From assembly GCA_965197725.1 (NCBI GenBank), contig CBDANQ010000048.1, positions 1-31,655 on the forward strand: a DNA stretch of 31,655 bases, written 5' to 3'. The position numbers were made by a program, and so were the translations under genes. Position 1 is the stretch's first letter. The number at the start of each line of letters is the position of its first letter. The stretch is from Longimicrobiales bacterium (GTDB lineage: Bacteria > Gemmatimonadota > Gemmatimonadetes > Longimicrobiales > Gaopeijiaceae). Shown here piece by piece: positions 25,881-31,655 of this stretch. The notes beneath the pieces are model-generated. The model worked only from the letters and a program-made list of their open reading frames with translations, was not told the DNA's origin and searched no databases.

Positions 25881-26546
25881 ATGGCAAACACTTCCTGGAT
25901 TACGGCCCCCTTCGGCCGCGCAACCAACAGCGTGTCCCTCCTGCTCATGCTGGCGGCGGTCCTGCTCGTCGTTCTTGCGGGGATGTTCCTGGTCGCGGGG
26001 GCGCTGCTAGGGATGCTCTTTGCAGCTGGCCCGGAAGGGCCGACGTCGCCGGCGCTGTTTCTGGCCGCCATTGTGCTGCTCCTCCTGATCCTGATTCTCC
26101 TCTTCATCATCCTCTTGTGCTGCTGCGGAGGTAAGGACCGGAAGCTGCCCTTCAATTTGCTGCAGCTGATCCCGCTGATTTCGTATATGCCTGAGGCTTT
26201 GAGGAAGACGGCGGACGCCTTGAGGGGCGGTGGTACCGCGTTGGGTCACATTCAGGGGAAAGTGGAGCTAGCTGGAGGCTTGATCACGACCCTTGCGGAC
26301 CTGGCCTCGAATTTCGAAGTCACGGTACCCATCGTCTCACCGGTCGACTACCCCCTCGATACCGCGCTGTCTCTCATTTCGAGCATAGACGAGAGCAACA
26401 CGGAACCGCTTACCTCCCTCAAGGACGGGTTGAACGGCGCGGGGGTCGCGCTTCAGGGTCACGTCGATGCGATCGACGAAGCCATCGATGACATGGAGAC
26501 GGCTGCGACCGCCTTGGACACGGTCGCGACGGCTCTGGGGGCGTAG
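25881..26546 (+). CDS. Hypothetical membrane protein (two hydrophobic segments, CCC motif, amphipathic helical tail), co-transcribed with the LOX-like gene
   Basis: ATG 1 nt after the LOX stop; LLLILILLFIILLCCCGGKDRK; Ala/Leu/Asp/Thr-rich heptad-like C-terminus. Confidence 0.8.
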   Translation: MANTSWITAPFGRATNSVSLLLMLAAVLLVVLAGMFLVAGALLGMLFAAGPEGPTSPALFLAAIVLLLLILILLFIILLCCCGGKDRKLPFNLLQLIPLISYMPEALRKTADALRGGGTALGHIQGKVELAGGLITTLADLASNFEVTVPIVSPVDYPLDTALSLISSIDESNTEPLTSLKDGLNGAGVALQGHVDAIDEAIDDMETAATALDTVATALGA

Positions 26547-26566
26547 CGTCTGTCGAGGAACGGATA

Positions 26567-28023
26567 GATGGTGTCCCGCTGACAGTTGAAGGTGGTGGCG
26601 CCGGAGAGTCTCTTGGTTAGCCTGTCTTTCTCATTTCGGCAACCGGTTCATGGTCGTCGAGGTGGGCCCTGAGCATCCAGAGCTGGTCGTAGCCGATGAT
26701 CCTCCGGTAGCTCTTCTCGGTTTCCACGAACGAGGCCGCAGCCCAGCGCAAGGCCATCGCTCCGTTCTTCCAGTTAGTCACCCTGCGGGTCTTCCGTCTT
26801 ACGCCCGAGTGGGTGCTGTCGATCAGGTTGGTCGAGCCCAGGCACTTCCTCAGCCGCGGTGGGAGGCCGAGCCGGTTTATGGTGAACATCTCGCTGAGGC
26901 CTTCGCGCAGGCTGGCTGCGGCCGAGGGGTGGTCGCGCTCGAGCCATCGGGCGAGCTGCTCGAGCTTCTGCTCGCCCTGCTTCGCGTCCAGCTTCATCGC
27001 CGCCCGGAACGCCGCCTTCACCTGAGGATGCTGATCCTTCGGCAGATGACCCAGCACGTTGCGGAGCTTGTGGTTGCGGCAGCGCTGGATGGGGTGACGT
27101 TGGCCGAACACCTTCTCGATCGCCTTCCTGAGCGCTTTCGAGCCATCGATCACGAACAGCCGCCGCCTGCCCGGGTCCAGGCCGCGCTCGACCAGATCCT
27201 CTAGGAGCGCGCTGGTCACCTCGGCGTTCTCACTCGCTCCTTCCCTCACGCCCAGCACGTGCTTCTTTCCGTCTGAGTCCACGCCTACCGCAGCAAGCAC
27301 GTGGTGCGAGCCCATCTGGATCCCGTCCAGGTAGATCACCAGGAGGTCCCACGCATCCAGCCGGCGCTCCATCAGCTCCTTCAGCACGCGCTCCGAGGCC
27401 TCGACCGTCTCACGGCTCACCGCCGACTTGCTCACCCCGACCGTGTCGGCCATCTCACCGATCACACGGCCGTACTTTCGCGTGCTCACCCCCGCCATCA
27501 GGACCTCGAGCATCCGATCCGCCACGGCGCCCGGTCTCCGCATCGCTGCGTACGCCGGCACCTCGACCTCGCCACCCTCCCCGGCGCCCCGGCGCCTGAG
27601 CCGTGGCCGCTCCACACGCACCTTCCGGTCCAACAGGTAAACCACACCACCCTGCCGGCCATACCACACCGTGTCGTCTTCCGCTCGTGACCGACCTGCC
27701 TGCTTCACGCCTGCCACACCCTCGGCGCTCATCTCCAGCACCGCTTCGATCGTCGCTCGTCCCATCACCTGGATGACTTCGTCGATCGCGACCTCCGTCT
27801 GCTCCACGAGCTCAAGCATCGGAAGCAGAAACTGCCCCTCCCGCTTCAGGAACTCCCTGATCGCGCGCTTGTCCGCCCGATCCCTTACCTCGTACGTTCT
27901 CTTCATCGTGGTGGCTCCGTGTTGGGGTTTTTGCCTACCCGAGCCTATCGGCCCGGGACCCCCGGAGCCACCACTTTTCTTTCTCCCCTATCAGGGACCT
28001 TCAACTACGGTTGGGACAGCTTC
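26567..28023 (-). mobile_element. IS256-family insertion sequence, complete (1457 bp)
   Basis: 27-bp imperfect TIRs GATGGTGTCCCGCTGACAGTTGAAGGT and (reverse complement) GAAGCTGTCCCAACCGTAGTTGAAGGT; 8-bp direct repeat AACGGATA at 26559-66 and 28024-31. Confidence 0.92.
26617..27906 (-). CDS. IS256-family (Mutator-type) DDE transposase
   Basis: GVSTRKY, VSKSAVS, IYLDG, GVDSDGKKHVLG, VIDGSKAL, QRCRNHKLRN, STNLIDS. Confidence 0.93.
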   Translation of the reverse strand: MKRTYEVRDRADKRAIREFLKREGQFLLPMLELVEQTEVAIDEVIQVMGRATIEAVLEMSAEGVAGVKQAGRSRAEDDTVWYGRQGGVVYLLDRKVRVERPRLRRRGAGEGGEVEVPAYAAMRRPGAVADRMLEVLMAGVSTRKYGRVIGEMADTVGVSKSAVSRETVEASERVLKELMERRLDAWDLLVIYLDGIQMGSHHVLAAVGVDSDGKKHVLGVREGASENAEVTSALLEDLVERGLDPGRRRLFVIDGSKALRKAIEKVFGQRHPIQRCRNHKLRNVLGHLPKDQHPQVKAAFRAAMKLDAKQGEQKLEQLARWLERDHPSAAASLREGLSEMFTINRLGLPPRLRKCLGSTNLIDSTHSGVRRKTRRVTNWKNGAMALRWAAASFVETEKSYRRIIGYDQLWMLRAHLDDHEPVAEMRKTG

Positions 28024-28115
28024 AACGGATAGGATGTCCAAAGGGGCTCGCGTGGCGACAGGTTAGGCGGAAAAGGCTCTACGCCCCCGTACGTGCCGAT
28101 CTGGTCGAAGGACAC

Positions 28116-28138
28116 AATTGTGCCGCGCGATTGTGCCG
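28116..28138 (+). repeat. Tandem ATTGTGCCG repeats (arm-type-site-like), right set
   Basis: AATTGTGCCG-cgcg-ATTGTGCCG. Confidence 0.6.
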
Positions 28139-28344
28139 TAACGCAGAGAAACTGAGCGATACGGGTGGGAATCTGGTCTGGCCACGACCTATAAGAAGCC
28201 CCCGGAGCCATCTCGAGCAGCATGCGGTCAACAATAGGCACTGAGCAGTGTTTCCACGTCCGACATGGGCGCTCCTGAGGGATTCCCGCTCGGCGGTCCG
28301 AACTGGCTTCGGCTTGAGTGTGTTTATTGTGCTTCGTCAAATCA

Positions 28345-28500
28345 ATGTACTGAAGAGCCGGCGCGAGGCCGAACAGGAAGCCTGCGACCATGACCACGGC
28401 AGCGGAGAAGCCGAGCACAGTCCCGTTGAGCCAACGGTCTCCACGCGGGGCATTGTCTCCGGTGCGATCGCGAGAACAGCTTTGGCGCGATCCCGTACGC
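28345..28500 (-). pseudogene. Fragment of an ADOP/MacB-FtsX-type ABC permease
   Basis: Across frameshifts: AKAVLAIAPETMPRVETVG / LNGTVLGFSAAVVMVAGFLFGLAPALQ (VLxF...GxLFGLAPAL motif). Confidence 0.6.
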
Positions 28501-28565
28501 AGGGTAGCTTGTTCAGCCCGGCTCTTTGGCCGTGCGCCGCCGTTCACTCCATCCGACGCAAGACA

Positions 28566-29324
28566 TTGGACTGGATCAACAACCCAGAGGCTTGGATCGC
28601 TCTGTTCACGCTCACGGCGCTCGAGATCGTCCTGGGCATCGACAACATCATCTTCGTCGCGATCCTGGCAGAGCGAGTGAACAAGGAGTCGCGAGCGAAG
28701 GCTCGTCAGGTCGGCCTGGCGATCGCGGTGGGAGTGCGCGTCCTCCTGCTCTTCTCGATCGTGTGGATCATGGGGCTCACCGCGCCGCTCTTCTCACTCT
28801 TGGGGCACGAGTTCTCCGGTCGCGATCTCATCCTGATCGGCGGCGGCGTGTTCCTACTGTTCAAATCCACGAGCGAAATCCACGATAAGCTGGAGGGCGA
28901 GGAAGCAGATCAGGACGGGACCGTGAAGCGCGCGACGTTCGCCTCCGTCCTCTTCCAGATCGCGCTGCTCGACATCGTTTTCTCGCTCGATTCGGTGATC
29001 ACGGCCGTCGGAGTGGCCGAGGAACTCGCGGTCATGGTCATCGCGGTAGTCGTCGCCGGCGCGTTCATGGTCGTCGCTGCCAGCAGCGTGAGCCGCTTCG
29101 TGAACGCTCACCCGACGCTCAAGATGCTCGCGCTCTCCTTCCTGCTACTCATCGGCATGGCGCTGGTGGCCGACGGCATGGGACAGGAGGTACCGAAGGA
29201 GTACATCTACTTCGCGATGGGCTTCTCCGTCTTCGTGGAGATGCTCAACCTGCGGGTCAAGGCGAAGAAGAGTCCCGTGCACCTGCGAGGTCCCACCCTA
29301 CCGGATTCCGAGGAAGCTACGTAG
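28566..29324 (+). CDS. TerC-family integral membrane protein
   Basis: WIALFTLTALEIVLGIDN, GRDLILIGGG, DIVFSLDSVITAVG, HPTLKMLALSFL, YIYFAMGFS; start at TTG 28566. Confidence 0.92.
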   Translation: MDWINNPEAWIALFTLTALEIVLGIDNIIFVAILAERVNKESRAKARQVGLAIAVGVRVLLLFSIVWIMGLTAPLFSLLGHEFSGRDLILIGGGVFLLFKSTSEIHDKLEGEEADQDGTVKRATFASVLFQIALLDIVFSLDSVITAVGVAEELAVMVIAVVVAGAFMVVAASSVSRFVNAHPTLKMLALSFLLLIGMALVADGMGQEVPKEYIYFAMGFSVFVEMLNLRVKAKKSPVHLRGPTLPDSEEAT

Positions 29325-29371
29325 CGGCCCATGCTAGGGCGCGTGACTCCCCGGAATCCGGCGGAGCGGCT

Positions 29372-29971
29372 CTACGCTCCCTGAACTCCGACCGAGCCGT
29401 CGCTCGAGACGTTGAAGAAGAGCCACATGCCAGTCAGGGAATGACCGGCGATGTAACAGACGATCGAGTAGTTGCCCGCCGTCTCGGCGACGAAAGTGAC
29501 GGTCTCGGTCTCACCCGGCATGGTGCCGTCGACCATCGACGCGGGGTTCTCCGTGATCGCTCCCTCGAACACCGCGACCGGCTCTGGCACCCCAATGAAG
29601 TTCGAGGTCTGCGCTGAGATCCCCAAGCTGTGTGCCATGATGGGATCATCGTTGATGAGGCTGATCGTAACGGTATACCCCTCTGGAACCGTGATCGCCA
29701 TACTGCCTTTGGTGGCGCCGTTGTAGTTCCAGTGGTTGTTGTCGGGCGTCGCACCCGAAGTGAGGGTCATGTCGACCGTTCGCGCATCGGCATCGACGCG
29801 AAACCAGTCCGGAATGATCATCGGGCCCGAGGGGGCCACCGGTACCGAGCTCGTCGCGGCAGCAGACGGTGCAGAAGGAGTGGCGTCCGCAGCACCACCA
29901 TCAGCCGGCTCGCCACCACCACACGCGGCCACCGCACAGGCCAAGGCCGGGACCACCGAAATACGCTTCAT
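29372..29971 (-). CDS. Sulfocyanin/rusticyanin-like type-1 copper lipoprotein
   Basis: Lipobox AVAA-C, Ala/Pro/Ser linker, Cu ligands AHSL and C-x4-H-x4-M (VCYIAGHSLTGMW). Confidence 0.8.
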   Translation of the reverse strand: MKRISVVPALACAVAACGGGEPADGGAADATPSAPSAAATSSVPVAPSGPMIIPDWFRVDADARTVDMTLTSGATPDNNHWNYNGATKGSMAITVPEGYTVTISLINDDPIMAHSLGISAQTSNFIGVPEPVAVFEGAITENPASMVDGTMPGETETVTFVAETAGNYSIVCYIAGHSLTGMWLFFNVSSDGSVGVQGA

Positions 29972-30190
29972 CGTTGCATATAGTCCTGTCGAAGTTCGAA
30001 CTCCTGGGCGGACCCCAAGAATGACAACAGCAGATAAGAATACACGGATCAACCGACGGGGGAATCCCGTGATTCACCCAGGTCGACCCGGGGCAAAACG
30101 GGGGTGTGGATCGAACAGAGTTCGTCGTAACGACGCTTGCTGAGGTGCTCAATGCATAGCGCAGGATGAGACGGCCTTGATCACCACCGC

Positions 30191-30682
30191 CTAAAGCAGG
30201 AGCGCAACCCCCACCGTCGCGATGACCGCCACTGACACGGCGATCTTGAGCGCCACGGCAGCGGTGCGGGCGAACAACATGCCCCACCCGACCTTGGCCG
30301 ACGTCTTGAGCGACAACGTTTCGACGTAGGTCACGAGCCCGGCTCCGATGAAGGTGCCCAGGAACGCCGTGACCATCGGTCCGATGATCGGGACAGGGAG
30401 GCCGACGAAGAGGCCGGCCATGCCACCGAGCACGGCTGCCCAGAACGCCTTTCGAGATCCGCCATACGTGTCGGCGAACGTCTTCAGCACACCGAACTCG
30501 GCGATCTCGGTGATGAGCGCCACCCCCGCGACGATGAGCCCGAACGTCCAGGACAGGCTGCCCAGCAGCACGAGCCCCACCGTGATGACGACGATGAGCC
30601 ACAGCCCCGGGAGGCCCAACGGAATCAGGACCAGGCAGGCGAGCAAGGCCAGGACGACTACGATGGAAAGAAGAATGCTCAT
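30191..30682 (-). CDS. DUF456-family membrane protein
   Basis: PLGLPGLWL, YGGSRKAFWAAVLGG...PVPIIG...GTFIGA. Confidence 0.8.
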   Translation of the reverse strand: MSILLSIVVVLALLACLVLIPLGLPGLWLIVVITVGLVLLGSLSWTFGLIVAGVALITEIAEFGVLKTFADTYGGSRKAFWAAVLGGMAGLFVGLPVPIIGPMVTAFLGTFIGAGLVTYVETLSLKTSAKVGWGMLFARTAAVALKIAVSVAVIATVGVALLL

Positions 30683-30827
30683 GTCGCAGACCGTGAAAGG
30701 GGCGGGCATTGCTACCGAATACTACCCGCTCGGGGCGCGCGCGGATTCGCTTTCGTTCGGCCGGGAGCTACGTGGCGTCTGGAAGGTCCGCCAAGTGGAG
30801 CGTACCTTCAGGCGTGGCGTGCAACGC

Positions 30828-31295
30828 CTACACCACGTGACCCTCCACCCACTCCGAGACCCGCTCGAGCATCGCTCGAATCTGGCGAACCCGCTGCAAG
30901 CCGCTCGAGTCGCCCGTAGCGCGCTCCTCAGTCCAAACGAGAAACTCGGGGTCGGCTTCCGAGAAGTCGACTTGCACGTGGAGGCTTTGTGACGCGCTGT
31001 CGAACCGGACACCGAGATCGACCTCGGCGACATCGATGCCGCGCGCGCGCGCGACGGTTGCCAAGGCATCGACCTTCGCTTTCACGCGATTCCACAGCCT
31101 CTCCGCACGAGGCCGTTGGCTCGCGTCCAGTTCCGCACGGCGCTCCAACCTCTTGGTTCCGACGATCCTCTCGCGCGCCGAAACGCTCACGGCGACGTCG
31201 ACCGAATCGCTAGGCGTCACTTCCGCGACCTGTCCCAACTTGAGGACCACGATGACGACGAGCACGACTGCGACGATCACCAAGATGGTGGACAT
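30828..31295 (-). CDS. Hypothetical protein with an N-terminal TM helix
   Basis: MSTILVIVAVVLVVIVVLK followed by a soluble domain; same strand as its neighbours. Confidence 0.6.
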   Translation of the reverse strand: MSTILVIVAVVLVVIVVLKLGQVAEVTPSDSVDVAVSVSARERIVGTKRLERRAELDASQRPRAERLWNRVKAKVDALATVARARGIDVAEVDLGVRFDSASQSLHVQVDFSEADPEFLVWTEERATGDSSGLQRVRQIRAMLERVSEWVEGHVV

Positions 31296-31348
31296 GGCGG
31301 TTCTGTAAGCGTGCAGCTGATGCCTTGCGGCGGGGGAGTCAAAAAAGC

Positions 31349-31639
31349 ATGGTGAATCTGCGGCGGCCCCAGCGGAAGGACCCACCCGCGAAGCGCTCGC
31401 GCATCCCCTGGCGAATCGCCCATCTGGTCCTGGTGGGCGTGCTGCTCGCGGGCTGTTCACGGCCCGCTCCGGCCGGAGAAGCCACCAACTGGATGATCGG
31501 AGAGGATGGCGGCGCAGAGCACGGAGGGTGCTGCATCAGCGCCACGCTGAGGGACTACGGGCGCATCGGGCTCTTCGCGCTCCGTGGCGGCGTGCTCCCC
31601 GATGGCACCGCCGTGCTACGTGAAGGATGGATGCCTTGA
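31349..31639 (+). pseudogene. Internally deleted serine hydrolase (beta-lactamase/NylB-like) remnant
   Basis: Lipoprotein-type signal (VLLAGC) fused directly to the late-domain motif HGGCCISATLRDYGRIG...DGTAVLREGWM, then a premature stop; no SxxK. Confidence 0.6.
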
Positions 31640-31655
31640 GGCAGCAGACCGGTAG

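Noticed and set aside
28248..28565. N-terminal extension of the TerC ORF
   Set aside because: It is the antisense of an ABC-permease remnant; the TerC pattern starts at (M)DWINNPEAW.
1..31655. CRISPR array, rRNA or riboswitch
   Set aside because: No regularly spaced repeats or recognisable conserved RNA motifs seen by eye; a covariance-model search was not possible.

Overview
GC-rich bacterial chromosome segment. The gene content suggests Gemmatimonadota, but that is an inference. The backbone runs mostly on the minus strand: class III nucleotide cyclase (cut by the window edge), response regulator, SPOR/TPR protein, holA, two ECF sigma/zf-HC2 anti-sigma pairs (one with a VIT-vWA gene), an M16 peptidase pair, gpmI, an iodotyrosine-deiodinase-like nitroreductase, M28 and M14 peptidases, DUF3052, a sulfocyanin-like lipoprotein and DUF456. 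A TerC-family gene lies on the plus strand. Two accessory patches interrupt the backbone. (1) A toxin-antitoxin hotspot at about 9.0-12.3 kb: RHH-VapC, MazE-like/MazF, a Ycf46-type AAA ATPase and a HigA remnant. (2) A decayed integrative element at about 23.3-28.2 kb, marked by tRNA-Cys-like 3'-end repeats, arm-type-like repeats and a tyrosine-integrase remnant. Its cargo is the most unusual system here: a membrane-anchored, strongly divergent lipoxygenase-like protein coupled to an unknown hydrophobic protein with a CCC motif, followed by an intact IS256 with an 8-bp target duplication. Several short gene remnants look like deletion scars. Four single-base frameshifts in short homopolymers look like sequencing errors. 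All calls come from motif recognition by eye; no database searches were run.
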